Assembly: GCA_025786725.1 (NCBI GenBank)
Contig: JAHLTZ010000024.1
Coordinates: 186,001-250,000, forward strand
Direction: 5' to 3'
DNA: 64,000 nt
Source of the DNA: Syncephalis fuscata S228
Lineage: Eukaryota; Fungi; Zoopagomycota
A program made the position numbers and the translations under genes. The number at the start of each line of letters is the position of its first letter. The stretch's first letter is position 1. Positions 23,914 to 38,690 of the stretch are shown piece by piece. The notes beneath the pieces were generated by a model. That model did no database searches. It had not been told where the DNA came from and was given only the letters and a program-made list of their open reading frames with translations.

Positions 23914-26900
23914 TTACAAGTGTTTACTACTACTACTGTTATTATTACCAATAAGTGTAGGTACAGGTGGATAAGGTACGAGGGGTGGTGGACAGGCCGA
24001 TGAAGGGACACCTTTGTGATCCACCTTTGGAATATAATATTTATCGGGTACCATTAAAAAGTAACGTTCCATGGCATTACGGAATCGTTTCTTATACTGG
24101 AATGGCGTAACAATGGTGGGTTCTTTACTGCCACCACCTAATAGACCGGTTTCTTTGACCCAGCTCTCTAATCGTTTATCCCATGTAAATGTACGGATAA
24201 AGTCTATTAAATAGAGTGGTTATTAGTTAAATGTGCTATTGTTATTGATGACTTACCAACAATGCCCATAACTAACTCGCCCTTTTCTTTATCAATACCA
24301 ACTAGCAATGAATAGTCCATGACATTAAGACGAGATAAGAATAGTGTATCATTCCATACAGCAGCATGTAATAGTGCTTTAGCATGTTCTCGAATAAACA
24401 ACGGGTTTTCATAGATGACTAGTAACGAACGATTAGTATAAATATACAAGGTTATATTTACTTACATTGTATTAAATCTTCATCAAGTAATACTTCATCT
24501 TCTTGATCTGTTTTCTCTGCTTTACGATTACGAACCGAGCCTTTAAGATCAAATACCTAAATAAATCAATAAATCAATCAATAAATGTTAATTAATATTG
24601 ATTATTAATAATATTGCTATAATATATACTTACTCGTGATATTTTACGGTTATAGAATAGATTCTCCATTACAATAACATCCATTCTCATTGATTCTCCG
24701 GTGGATGGATCTTTATAGCCTATTCGATAAAAGCCAAATAGTTTGGCCATTACTGTTTCCAACTAAATACAGTACAGTATAATATAGTATAAATAATAGA
24801 TAACTAGTATATAATTATATGACTTACTTCTTTAAAGAATGCTCGAGACATATACTCGAAATAAGAAGGAGCAAATCTTAAAAGTGCGTCAGCCTCAGCT
24901 CGTGATAACTGTTTCATAATCAATCGATCATCTAGTTACAATAAATATAAGTAAATATGAATACACTATATATATTAAATATTTATAGTATTTACCGCGT
25001 GTTTTTAGAAAGGCTGCTCCTGATTTACCACCACGCGAACTCCATTTAATACTACGGGCCAATGAATCGATATAATCCTTTTCAAATCCACAATTACGAC
25101 GAAGCGCATCAAATTGATCAGCATAAAATATTTTACAATAGAATCTAAAGGGTTGATCAACAAATTCTAATAAAATGGTTTAATAGTTAATAGTTAACAC
25201 CAATCATTTGTTAAATAAATCCACTTACGTATTTTAAAGTGATTTTCATTAGCACTTGTTAATTGTTCTTGAATATCGACTGGTGCCGGCTTTTCAAACA
25301 AACTGTTGGCATCATCACTTTGATGTAATGATAAATCATCTGCTGGATCGACTAGCATTTGACTTTCTCTTAAGTGTCCATTTGAATTTGATAATCATTT
25401 GAACTGTAACATTGATGGAATATTATTAATATATAGATAGATAGATATATAAATATAGACATTAATGTTACTTTACTGATTACTTACCTTAGTGCATAGG
25501 CAATGATAGAAGTAGGTTCATCAAGTCGAACATGAACGAGTGAATCAGGTAACATGTGTTCTGTCGGTGCTCTACATCAACCATATCATTAATACAGCAA
25601 CTATTATGGAGAATACTACCTACATTGGATATTCAAGAGGTAGAAAGTGGCCTGAATTTGCTCCGGCCGCCCAGAAACTAGCAATTGTTTTAACGAGTGA
25701 TACACGATCACCACTACCTGTCATATGATCAAATGGGTTGTTGCCTTCATGGATAGTGGCCCGTACTGTATGGGCAATCGTTTTACTATTCATTAAACGA
25801 TTGTTATGATGCGGTTTAATCGAATAAGCATCCGATGAAGTTGATCGTTTTAGATTATGTCGTGGATCAGTGGCAGCTAGTGATAATGAAGTACCAGCAG
25901 CATTGGCAATAGCACTAGTAATAGCACTACCACCAGTAGTATCTGTCAGTGCTGACTCCATTTCTGTCTTGCCTGCTACATTTGCTGTATTATCCTTCAT
26001 CGCCTCTCCCGATAACACTTGTGCTGGATCATAGGGACCAGTCGATGCTTGATTGGCCAATTCACCTTCATCGCCCAATTCAAGAAATCCAATAACATCA
26101 GTTGAATTCACTCTACTATGACCAGTGGTAGATGTGTTGCCACATTCATTATAGTCATTATTGCTATTTTCGTTATTCTTGTTGCGCTTATTGGATCTTA
26201 GTATGGTGGATACAGTGCCTGGTTCACCCCGCATAGATTCATCGAGGGCATCTGTCTTTGTAAGAAATACAGTTTGGGCTTGTTCTGATGCATCTTCCAT
26301 AATAGGTGCCGGCCTAGTCTTTCTTGAACTGCTCGCCGTTGATTCAAGATACAATTCATCATCTGAATCTTCTTGCGCTGCATCTTGGGTATTCTTATAA
26401 ATATGAATGGTTGATTTGCCAATACGTCGTAATTGACGTGCACTGCCATAGGCCGCTGATGAACTGACCCGTCGTCGCATACGTTCCTTACTTGATTTAT
26501 CTCGTTGATTCGGGACATCCAATATATTACTTTGCGATCCGGCCTTTCTAGAACCCGATTTAAATTGTAGTGGCTGTTCGGAAAAGGAACGAGATCGTCG
26601 ACGTGATGCTATAGAACGTGTACGTTCTGCCGATGTTGATGTATCGCTATCATTGCCCAATTTGCTCTTTTTACTTTTATCTAGACGTAGACGACGTACA
26701 GTTTTACCCACTGATGTATCTGAATCAATACGGTCACTACCGCCATCATCGACAATTGGTTCTTTACCCGTTTTATTATGACGATGTCGATTGGATGAAG
26801 TAGAGGCCTTTAATGTAGGTCGATGCTTTAATTGACCCGATACTTCATCTGTATGTCTCTTTTCTGAGGGTGGCATAGAAAAGAAGGGAAAGCCTTCATC

Positions 26901-29900
26901 AAGTGACGATGATATAGCATCGCTAGTCGTTGATGTAAATGGTGGCCGCTTTTTACTCTTACCACTACTGTTAATTGATTCAGGTACCGATGAGCTAGAA
27001 ATAGCTGATGGATAACTCTTTGAAGTACTTGCTATTACTTGTGGTGCTGTGCCAGATGTATTACTAGTACTAGTAGATGGTGTGGCCTCTTCTTTGGTAG
27101 ATACCGGCCCACTCTTGCTGTCTTGCATTAATTCAAGCGATAATCGACGGGTTAATGATGATTGTGCTGGTGGTGGTAATACATAATCAGCACTGTTCTC
27201 TCCTTCAATCGATGCTGTATTGTGAACAGTCTCTGTGTTTAATACAGAGTTGGTGGGTGTAGTACCTAATTCGGGTAGTACAGTAATACGACTATCATCA
27301 TCGACTATAGTAAGATCGATATCATGGTGTCCACTATCTGGATCACCTAATACAACACCATGGACTACCATGTCATTATTGGGCACTCGATCACCGGCAC
27401 TGCCCGGATCTGCACCTCTATCGGCAAATAATCGACGTATTTGTGTTGTCGTTGCCCTCTTTAAATCACGTTCTGGTTGCAAGTATCGATTGGCCACCGA
27501 TGTAAATATCTTTTCCCATTCCATGACACGTGGTTGTAATTCGCGTTTAAATACATTCAAGGCAATGCTATCGCCAGGATGACTTTGATCGTAAGTTTGG
27601 CGTAACAGTGAAAGTGTTTGTAACTTTTCAGTTGCTGCTTTACGGGCTAGTTCGTGTAATTCTTGTCGACATGCTTCCCGTTTATTCAATGACACGGCAT
27701 CGTAGACAAAGTTCCTTATTCTATCCATCACTGAATCCCAGTAGGTAGAGGTGCGTTGATGAATATGATCAAATTCTTGTTGTTTTAACTTTTCTGTTGT
27801 TTCGGGTAGAATACGAACATGGGTGGTGGTGGTACAATCTCTAGTAATTCGATATCTTCATATTCAAATCGAACAACAAAGTTATTCAATCTAAATTGAC
27901 GAATATGTGATCGATATACATCATGAGGACAGATACTCGTTTGTGATGTAATGCCTGTTTGATAGAAGCTTAATTCCAAAATTTACCAAATGAATATTTC
28001 CACGATTCTTCAGACATGGGTAGAACAGGTGTTATTTGGTGACAGCTTCTGCATTCACTCCACATTAGAATAGAGCCATCTTGACTATGAAATACATCAT
28101 GGGCCTGTCCAACAGATACTCTAACACGACCTGCACCATGGGTATAACTACGATAGTGCATCATTTGTGGTCGTTCACAAGTTTTTCATGGCAGAGTTGA
28201 CCCACTTCACGGAAGGTTTGTTCCAAATACTGACCAAGTGTATAATCCTGTTTGTTATAATATTCAAATGTACATATATAAGCAGGTTTACAAGGTGTTT
28301 CAGCATAGTAGCAATCAACACTATAGAGTACGGTAAGTTGTTGGTGAAAGAATGGATTGGGTTCATGACCTTGGTCCATTAGGAACAAGTCGGCTGCTTT
28401 AACATCTAAAGCAAAGCTGTTTAGCGCATAAGCATATTCACTGAAATAATCAGCCAATGGCTCATTACGACCAAATTCCATTGTAGCAGATGTAGGTGAC
28501 AATAGTAGTTCTTCTTCTACTGTACCACTCATAATACTATTTTTATAACTATCTGATACTAACGTAGGAGCGAGTGTAGGTGATGAAGTGGCAGATAGTA
28601 CAGGTGAATTGGCACCACTATGAACAGTAATAGATAGTGGTGGTATTGGTGATTGAATAGAGGCAGAATGTGGTGGTGTCATTATTGGTTGTTGTTGTTT
28701 TAACTTCATTAATTCACGGGCACACGTTTCTACGCGTTGAAGTAGAAATGGTGGTGGGAAATGAACAAATGGCGATAATGATAGAATAGTTTCACGATAT
28801 GGCTTTAATGCTTCATCAAATCGACTAACGATTAAATCAAGTTCTGGATCTAATTGTTTCTCTTCCTCCACTGCTTCTTCCTTTTCTATTTGTTCATCTT
28901 CTTTAGCGGCTATTGATGGCGGTCGTGTATCAGTAGTAGTACAAGTAGTAGTAGTAATAGAAGAAATAAATAGCGATTGATTCTGTAATAATATAGTTTC
29001 TAGTTTTAGATTATAGACCATAAATACCATTAAACTAGTAATATGTTTGATACGTTGTAGTGTTTGTGGTGTACCGCCTCTTAATACAATAGTGCCACCA
29101 AGTTCAGGTGGACAATCTTCAAAGAATAAATAGGAACGCCGTTGACCAGGAATAGAGTCATGAACAAAGGTTTTTACAGAAAAGCGACCACAAGTACCGG
29201 TACGTGGCTCCATCAACAATTTATCAATTGATGAAATAACATCAGCGCGTGTACAACGCACTACTGAATCAATGACCGATGGTCTTACATTCACTGCCAC
29301 CGATATGCTTGATTCCATTAAAATTCAAGTGCCGTGCGTGACACAGAGTTCTGTACAAGTACAAGTGTCGGTTGAAGTGCGGCAATACGATGGACCAACT
29401 TTTCTAAATATTGTCGCTCTTGAGCCATCACTGGTTCTAGTGATAAGAATTGTTGATCACTGCGTTGATATTGAAGTGGAAAGGTAAGCGCTAAAATACG
29501 TGGCCGTATAAGTTCACGTGGCATTCTTTTATGTACTAAATTCTTGGTACACACCACACCATTTACATAGTGTGAATCTTTTGGATGTCCACCAGGAATA
29601 CGTTTTACTTTTACGTATCGACAAATGTTGATTTCATCACCAGCACGTACATCCACATACAATTGATGTGATATTTTCAATAATAGATGCATCATAACGT
29701 CTTCCCATACCTTATGGTCTTCAACCTCTTCTCGTTGTAATAGTTGTTGTAATACACGTCGCATATGGCTAATAGCGGCACTGCTAAGTTCTACTTGCCA
29801 GTGGGTGGAGTGTGTACGTCGGTGGGATGCTGTTTTACGTGTATTGCCAAATGTTAGATTGTTGGCCGTACTAATAAGTGTCGGTGGTAGATTTGGTGTA

Positions 29901-32143
29901 ATTGTGTTTGTAGTAGCTGCCTTGGGCGATGATATTGAAGCAGCTGAGGTAGTCGCTTGATGTCCATAAGGATGTGGTCGACCAAGACTCGGTGTTCTAG
30001 AGTGTCGACCTGTGCCACGTCCTACCCAACTTAATCGACGGGCACTGGCATAGCCGGCACCATCAGCATTTTGAAGTGGTGATAATGGCACTGTAGTTGT
30101 TGCTGTACTATTTGGAAAGGTGTATCCATGATGTGTAGCAATTGATGGCAGTCTACCCAAATCATCTTCTGGTGGTACATCTTTTAAGCGGTGTATTTCA
30201 CCAGGACGGACTGATGCACGTCTATTAAGACGTAGTCGCATAGATCCACTACGTGATACTGTACCGCCATTACTGGATTGTCGTTCAAGATTAATAGGAG
30301 CGGGTAATTCTTCTAATCGTTGTCGTTGCATTTCTGCTTCTTCCTCTTCTTCATCTTTGTCGCTAACATATGGTTCAATCATTGGATCGTGTAGCCCTTC
30401 CAGTGGTGTGCTTATAGATGCTACTCCACCGTTATTGCTATTCGCTTCACTGGCTCTTCTTCTAACATCACCTTCACCATCGGCGGTATTGATAGACATG
30501 CCAAATGGTACTGTTTCACTAAGTAGTAGTTCTCGTGCTTCATCAGCTCGCATTAGCCGTTCTCGTTGGGCATCAGTTAGTGTTGATCCATAGGCGGGAT
30601 TAGACGACAGAATACGTAGGAAATGGTCAGTCGAGCGATGGTCCGGTGCAATAGGTGAATATGGTGCTGATGTTGTATTAAGTAGTTTAACCTGAGCTGT
30701 ACCCACTACTGGTGTCATTGGTGACATGCCATCGTGGATAGTGAATGGTGTCAATGATCCTTGTGTATCTATTGGTGGTAATAAACCAGTATTGCGTGGT
30801 GTTTCTAACCGAGTATCTGTATTCATACTATTGTGTAGATCTTCGTCTTTAGGCATACAATCATCGCAGACACGTATCAAGTCTTTATGGCCATATCGCT
30901 CACCCGATACACGATTAGATACGCATTGATAACAAAATACAAGGCCTATTATTCTATTAGTATTTAGTTAATAGTAAACGATGCACCAATCTTACCGCAT
31001 ACTCGACAATGATGTCGTCGAACGAGTGTACTAATAATGTATGGCATTTATAGCAGTATTTGGCAAATTCATCTTTAATCCAGTAGTCACGACTAATACC
31101 TTCGCCGCGAATACGTCTTAATTCACGACTAGCTGACGTAGTACGATTCATAGGCGATGAATAGTGAGCAGATTTGACATATAATGCTGGAGAGAGTGTT
31201 GGATATGGTGTCTCATCTGTTTCAGTCGACAGGATACCAATATCGCCAAATGTGTCGCCAAAGTCACCACCAGATAGTGATGTAGTCGATGGTGCGTGAA
31301 CGCCATATAGACTTGGTGGACGGCGATTGCCAGTACTTATCGCACTGGTTGTTGTAGGCGTGCCTATGGCTACTTCATTGGCCAGTCCACTTGTAGGTAG
31401 GTTGCGATCAGCATATCGCATAGAAACTGCCTTAATACTACTGGTAATTAATGAACTACTTAGATTAACTAAATTGCTATTTAATCCAAAATAGCCCACA
31501 CTGCGTGCTGAATCAGGTGAAGCAGTAATATCGTCATCGTCATCGGCATAGGCATTATCCATCGACGGTGATGTAGTTATGGTGGCTATATTGAGTGGTT
31601 CGGGTGGTGTTATACGTAAACGTGCCGGCACAGCAAGTGGCATATTTCTTTCGCTTTGTGCATTTGTGGGTGATGATCGCCCACTCTCCTTTAAAGCTGA
31701 TCCATCTAAATTAAACAAATTATTACTATTTAGTATATATTTAATTTAAATAACTTGCCAATTTCCTCAGCTACATCAGGAAGACTGCTACTTTGTGAAT
31801 ATTTACTGCGATTATTTGAATTGGGAGGTGAGCGCGCATTACTTGGTAGACTACCGCTATTGCTGCCATTATCACTAGTGGCACTACTACTACTACTACT
31901 AGTCAGTCCTGTAATATCGAGACTGCCAGTAGCATGATGTAAAGTGGTACGCATGCGATGCATTAGCTTCGAAAACATGCCCGACTTTGACTGTCCTGAT
32001 GCCTTTGTACTGCCTGAGGAGGCAGAATAAGTGTCGGCCGTGTCGACCAAACTGCTATCGAGATCATAGAAGCTGACGAAATTAAGGTTCGATGAACTCG
32101 ATGAGCTGTCCGTAGACGCTTTGGACCGGGTGGTTGTTGCCAT
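23914..32143 (-). CDS. FAB1: 1-phosphatidylinositol-3-phosphate 5-kinase Fab1/PIKfyve (spliced; several apparent 1-nt deletions)
   Basis: FYVE domain ([23 protein letters not shown]), CCT-like domain ([19 protein letters not shown]), [10 protein letters not shown], and PIP-kinase domain ([43 protein letters not shown]). Confidence 0.93.
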
Positions 32144-32989
32144 TGTGTTCGGCTAGTGCCACCGGCTAGAATGCTTGTTCGCCAAGGGGCGAGTTGTTGC
32201 AATAAGTGCTTCCGTAAAATAGATAGTTACAATGGAGACTAAAATGCTTTAAGCAGATGGATAACTATACACAGACAAATGGAATATGTTTTACGAAAAA
32301 GAAGGGACGAGAAACGACGTCATTTTATTGTAATGGATGATTGTATGACTTTACTATTAATGATACCCAAATGCTTATAGTTGAGCTTTATTTTACTTCT
32401 TTATTTTTGAAAATAAAAGATAAATTGTATATCGTTTTTTTAGTCAAATTGTGTACACTGTTGTAATGAATCTAAACTTGTTAAAATGGTACATCTTATT
32501 TATTTATGTAACTAGTAAAGCATCATATTACTTTATTAAATGTACAGTGCGTCAATTTTTATATATGTAACTTAAAAGTGCTATGCAACAATAATGAATA
32601 GATAATAATTTATTTATAGTATTCTTTTTGTTACTGCTGCCATTCTTTTAATGGTGACATTGCTCTATGAATATACTTTATTATTTGTTGTGTCATTTTT
32701 ATTATAATCATTGCTTTACTGATGGCATATTCTATAATTATATTTAATTTTATGCAGTTGATTCTATTCTTAGTTTTGTTCCACCACTTGAACAATTCCT
32801 CATCTGTATTTCAATTTGTTCACAGTAATTTTAAAACAATTAATTGTTGTTCAATATTGTTTATTCATACTATTGTATATAATTTTATTATCTAGTAAAT
32901 ACGTGCTAGCTATTACAGTTGTCTTTTTGGTTTTAGCTTTATTATTGATAAATCTTAACTCATTTACCTTATTCATTTAGTAAGCTATA

Positions 32990-33190
32990 TGTGACTGAAA
33001 CATATAAACAATAAAATGCATTCAACATGTCATAAAATAGTATAATAGTATAGATATACACTGTTAACAATATAAATGAATAGAGAATATATGCATACTG
33101 AATAATAAATCTATGATAATGAGTGTTTAATGATTGATGCCACTCACCACCTACCATCATGTTCAATAGATAGGATGTTATTAAATAGCC
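32990..33190. mobile_element. Truncated MITE-like copy D (one terminal inverted repeat plus short interior)
   Basis: tactgaataataaatctatgataatgagtgtttaatgattgatgccactcaccacctaccatcatgttcaatagataggatgttatt matches the TIR of copy A. Confidence 0.65.
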
Positions 33191-33931
33191 ACTTTAACCA
33201 CAAATAGTAATAAATGGCTAATAAATTCAATTAGATTGTATAATAGTGTTAAATGAAGCACAATAGCTTATATGATAATGCATTTTACTTAATTCAATTA
33301 ACAAGTGTTAAAATTTAAATTTAAAAATGAAATGGTACATAGTATGTATATATTAATACAACAACACTAGTATGATCAAATAAAACAATTAACTAATTAT
33401 TGATATCATTGCTAAAATAGCTAATGTGGTTGTAATTTTAGTGAGTGTAACTCATTGTAATATGTTAATATTCGATCAATCTTTTTATACATGGCTAGCA
33501 ATAATCGGTCTTATATGTTTCAAAGAAATCAAAATATTATGTTACATTATTTATTTAAATCAATCGATTAACAGCATTTTAACATTGATATTGGATATTG
33601 GAAATCGTGCGGACTGGCTCATCTTCAATTAATTTAACATAATTGACATAGCACTGCTTCAACAAATAGCAATTCTTAGTACTAAAAACTGATGGACAAT
33701 TTATGTCAAATTTGAGTTATCGCTTATGCTGTTATATGTTTTTGCTACTATTTTAAACTATGGAATGCAAAGTAGATTCAGCTATTAGCTATATTAAATA
33801 AACATTGTTGTAATGAGTGTTTATTTAAATTGCTATATATGTATTATTTATAAGTCATTAATACTTTCACATTATATAATTTAATTAATAATTTAATAAT
33901 AGTAATAATAATATGCTTTATATAAACTTAT

Positions 33932-36115
33932 TTAATAACCAGAGGGATTGTAATCATTTGCAGAACCTGATGGTGGTGGCTGTGATGATTGTTGCAGATA
34001 TTCTTGCTGTTGAGCTGCTTGTTGCGGATCAGGTGCCCGTCCACATTTGCCGCATTGTGGCCGCTTTGCGAAATTATGATAGCCACACGAACATAGCCAG
34101 TCACCAGGCTTAAGCATCGCAGCTACCGCAGCTTGTGATCCACCAGGACGAGGTATGTGACAACGCATGCATTGTAGACGTGAAGCAAAGTTATGACTGC
34201 TACAATTTGGACAGTACCAATCGCCTGGTCGGAAAGTGGCGCCACCGCCACCACTGCCGCCATAGCTAGGATAGCTAGGATAATTGGCATAGCTAGCCGT
34301 AGCTGCACCACCATAAGCATCCATGCCATGAACTGGCGGTGGTGGCGGTGGCGGTGCACCATATGCAGCAGTAGATGCTGCAGATACTGGATTATACGCA
34401 GCATAGCCACTATTCATATTTGGATCGGCATACATCGACATATCGTACATACTATTTGGATTTGGTGTATGACAGCGATAACAAGCAGTACGGCTGGCAA
34501 AGTTCTGGAAATAACAGTTAGGATTTGGACAGATCCAGTCACCGGGGCGGAATCCGTGTGGATTACTTGCTCCGCCACCGCCACCGCCTGTATTACTAGC
34601 ACCATAATTGCCGGCGGACATATTGTAACCACCGGCCATGCCTGATGTATCAGGCTTAAATGTACTGCATCGGAGACATTGTGAACGTGATGCGTAGTTA
34701 AGAAAGCCGCATCGGCCATTGGGGCACGTCCAATCACCTGGATGTCTTCCACCTGGTGTACCTGTGCCCATGGGTGCTGATGTTTGGCATTTCAAACAGT
34801 ATTGCCGTGTAGCAAAGTTATGGAATTGACAGTTGGGACAGGCCCAGTCACCTGGCCGACTGTGTACGGGTATATGTCCTGTACTATAGCCTGTATTTGT
34901 ATTATCGTCGCCTGTTGTAGCGTGTGCCGTATTATTATCGCCATTTGATGCATCCGGCGATTCATCATTGTTTTCCTAATTAAATAAATCATTATTAGTA
35001 TTAGTAATATATTAATCTGCATCATCAATTTGATGACAATAGATTAGGCACAAACAAACAAACACACACACGCGCGCAACCACCCACCGGGAAAGGCCCG
35101 GTAATTCCGCTCGCCGCCTCCAACACGTTCTCGTTACTCGGTGACACATCTACTACTCTATTCCGTAATTGTCGGCCATTGAGTGTAATCATTTGCAATG
35201 CTTCCTCGTGGGTCCGAGCAATTGCAAATCCAGATCCACTTGCTCGCCCTTCTGCCCCGCATATCATCCAAAGTGTCTCGGGCGGACAACCCGCCTGTGC
35301 AACCAACCGTGTAACTCAGGCTGCGTACAATTATCCGGCAATCCACAGAGATGCACCACACGCGACTTCTCCATCCTAAACTGATCGAGATCCGCGCCTG
35401 TATCAATTGGTTGTGTGAACGCCGCGCCTTGGTCGTGTGTAATCAAGTGCCTAACGACGGCAGCCATGACCGCGCAGTGCTCAAGAGCCGAGGATATTGT
35501 ATCGGGTGTTTGCAGCCCAAGCGATTTAGCCACAGCTGTTAAGTCGTCTAGATTGACAATGTCGAGACGGGCATCACCATGGCTTGATGACCATTTTGAT
35601 AACTCTTGCTTTAGATCAAATACAGTTGGATTGTAAAGATGGCCTGGTAGCATAACCTCTTTACGTGCAGCTTCATTTTTTAATTGGGCACTTAGATTCC
35701 AAGCACCTTGTGCACATAGGCAAAATGAAATCTGCTGGTCGACAAGCGATTCTTCAATAAAAATATCAAGTGCATCGACCGCAGAAGCAAAGTTGCCTGC
35801 CTCAACAAGATCGGCCTCTGTTAATCCAGTTTGTGTTGTGCAATATTTGGTTATAGGCGTTGAAGCTGGCTTAATCGATACATGCTTAACGGGCGTTACG
35901 CTGAACGTTGCAGTATTTAGAACCGACCAGGCAATATCAATAATTTCAGCATTTTCCTAAATTGACATTGCGATTAGTAAAAAGTGTACAATTACGCTTG
36001 TTTAACTTACCTTGGTGACTTTTGCTTTGCTTGGATCGACGGCTGGATCGTCGCTTGTTACACTCAGCGACAATACCAGCAGAGCATGGTATGGCACTTG
36101 AGACGAAGTAGCCAT
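33932..36115 (-). CDS. NRP1-like RNA-binding protein: N-terminal RNase H-like/exonuclease-like domain, RRM and five RanBP2-type zinc fingers
   Basis: AEIIDIAWSVL..IKPASTPITKYCTTQTGLT, AQGAWNLSAQLKNEAARK, RRM (VVHLCGLP..GSGFAI), and repeated (R/K/H)PGDWxCxxCxxxNFAxRxxCxxC fingers. Apparent 1-nt deletion near 35302. Confidence 0.8.
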
Positions 36116-38690
36116 TGTAAGGTAAGATCTAGAGCGGATCCAGCTATATAGAGCTACGTGAATCCCAGAGTAAAGAACACGTCATTGATGAGTCGGGGCG
36201 GTGAATAGAATAGACTGTCGGCTTACCTAACTGCAATATATATTTTATAAGGTGATTGAGACCGTGTACAGCAAAGATCTTGAAGCGAAAGAAAAGGGAA
36301 GTGTGCGTGTGCACACGTCTAACAACAAGCTGCAGTACGACTATTGACATTCATTATTAACGATGATAACAATCTGGCACCCTATTGTATTATCTATTAT
36401 CTGCACAACAGTAGTAACACCAAAAATAGTAGTAACAATAGTCGCAGTAACAATCATAATGTTACAGCTCTGATTTAGAAATTGTAAATTAGACGATTAG
36501 ATAGTAACTTATTTTAATGTTATACTATGATTACAGCCATTTTTATTTGCTAATATTTACTCTAACGCTTGAAATATAGTGTGCTGACTAGTTAATATTA
36601 AATTGATAATAGACTTATTCTTTATTGGCCATTAATCTGCACGCCTCAATGATAATGAACTAACTAGCTTGTATGAAACTAAATAGAAATACAATGAAAT
36701 CATATACTGATTATCGCTTTATCGATATTAAATAAAGCTATCCTTTATAATAAACATAATAAATAATAAAGACTGAATGATTTGCATTATTTTATAATCA
36801 ATGCAGCGTAATAGCTCAGTTAACAGCCCATGTGCCCACAACTAGCAAGTATTTACTCATTATATCATCACAATAATTGTTTGTTGTTGGTAATTGGCAT
36901 TAATATCCAATATATGTGCTATTCCTGTCTGTTTATATGCAATGCTACTATATTTGTTTAATCGCATGGCATATTCTTAGTTGCATTAGTATAGCAACAT
37001 ACCATAATATCGGAATAATAATAATAGTCTATTTGAATCAGTATTTCCGCATACTAAATTGTTATTATGCTTACTTTAGCGCTATATATTGCTTTGGATT
37101 TATTTTAGTCTAAATCTAACTTTTAACATTATTTTTTCAAAATTATATAATTTAATCGTTTTTTTCGTAAACTATTACACGTAAATTACATTTTGACTAA
37201 CTTTTGTTGCAAAAATTGTTGTTTCATATTTCATAACAATCTGTATAACTAAGCATAAAAAACTCGGACCAGAAATTATTTTGCTGTATTCTAAGTATAT
37301 AGCCATAGACGGTAAAAAAAAACCGATTTTTATATATTTATTAGCGTATTATCACAACCACCACACCATTATGCAATACAATAACTGTATACTTTGACAA
37401 TAACTACTATATTTCATATGTATACTTATAATTGTGTAAATATCAAGCAATTTGCTTCATTTTATGCAGCGGTACACGTAGTATTAGCAACGATTTATTA
37501 GTTAAATTATTACTATCGCTTAACGCACATTTTGTTGACTTTTACCACGTAATTTCACTAGAATCATTCTTTTAATTTGGTCATAATTAATATAAATTAA
37601 AATAAAGTGCTAATAGCCGATATTGGTATTTTTTATGGCTGTTTTAGTGCAACTTTAATAGATCATCCAATTACATAATGCATTTCTTAGCTACGCTGTC
37701 ATAGAAAAATGGGCATAATGTAAAAATAGTAGCAACATGATTAGTACAGTATAGTAATGTAGCTGCTACTGATACGCTTTTTATTAATATTTGGCGGTTT
37801 CTGATTAATTAATGATTAATACAAGTTATCTATTTTTATAAAAAACTATTAATAGACAAGTATGGCTCCAGTATAAAAAATAGTGGCGTGTTTGTAGGCG
37901 TGTCGATACGGCTGTCAGTGAATCTATCGTCGCTAAACGCCTTACTATTTTCTGATAATCTTTAAGTTTTTTATAAAAAAATACAAATAAATTTAGTGAA
38001 GTTGAACTTGTGATGCGTAATTAAACATACTATAACGTATTATAATTTATATGCATGTAAAAACTGCCCACAAGAATTAATGCATGACTTGACTGTATTT
38101 GCGACTCTGCTACTTGCTAGAAGTTTCTTTGCAGAGAGAAAGGCCTTACCTGTAAGAATACAGATGGCCGTATGAAAGGAGAAGTAATGTTTGATAATAA
38201 GATAATAGAATTTAACAAACTAAAAACTAGAATACAGTAATATATAGGTGGACTCTATTAAATTAGTTAGGCTTGTATTTGATTCATATACTACTTCAAG
38301 TAAATATGAATCACGCTAGTAGTTGGCCGGCGCAAACGGCGAAATAATCTCGAAACAAAAAAATAGTTTTTGTATGACCTTTGGATTTGTATGTGTATGG
38401 CCTTTGGGCCTGGTGACAAAAACTTGTTAAACTTGCTAAATTTGTTGCATTGTTTTTATTTGATTGGCTGCTTCAGTTCGTATGCTTTGCAGTACCTTTG
38501 TTCTATGCACACATTATTTGAATATAAATTCATGTTTTACTTTCTAATTGCCCATTTCATACTGCATCTTTTTTTACCTTTTGATATTCTGCATACTTTC
38601 TGATTTATTGCATACTGCATACTCACATAGATTAACCACTAGGCCACTTACATTCTGCATTTGTTTATACTAGCTATCAAATACATCACA

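Noticed and set aside
27785-31718. Fab1 split into several genes, or programmed ribosomal frameshifting
   Set aside because: Each break is repaired by adding one base to a short homopolymer, and the same pattern occurs in many unrelated genes, consistent with sequencing error.
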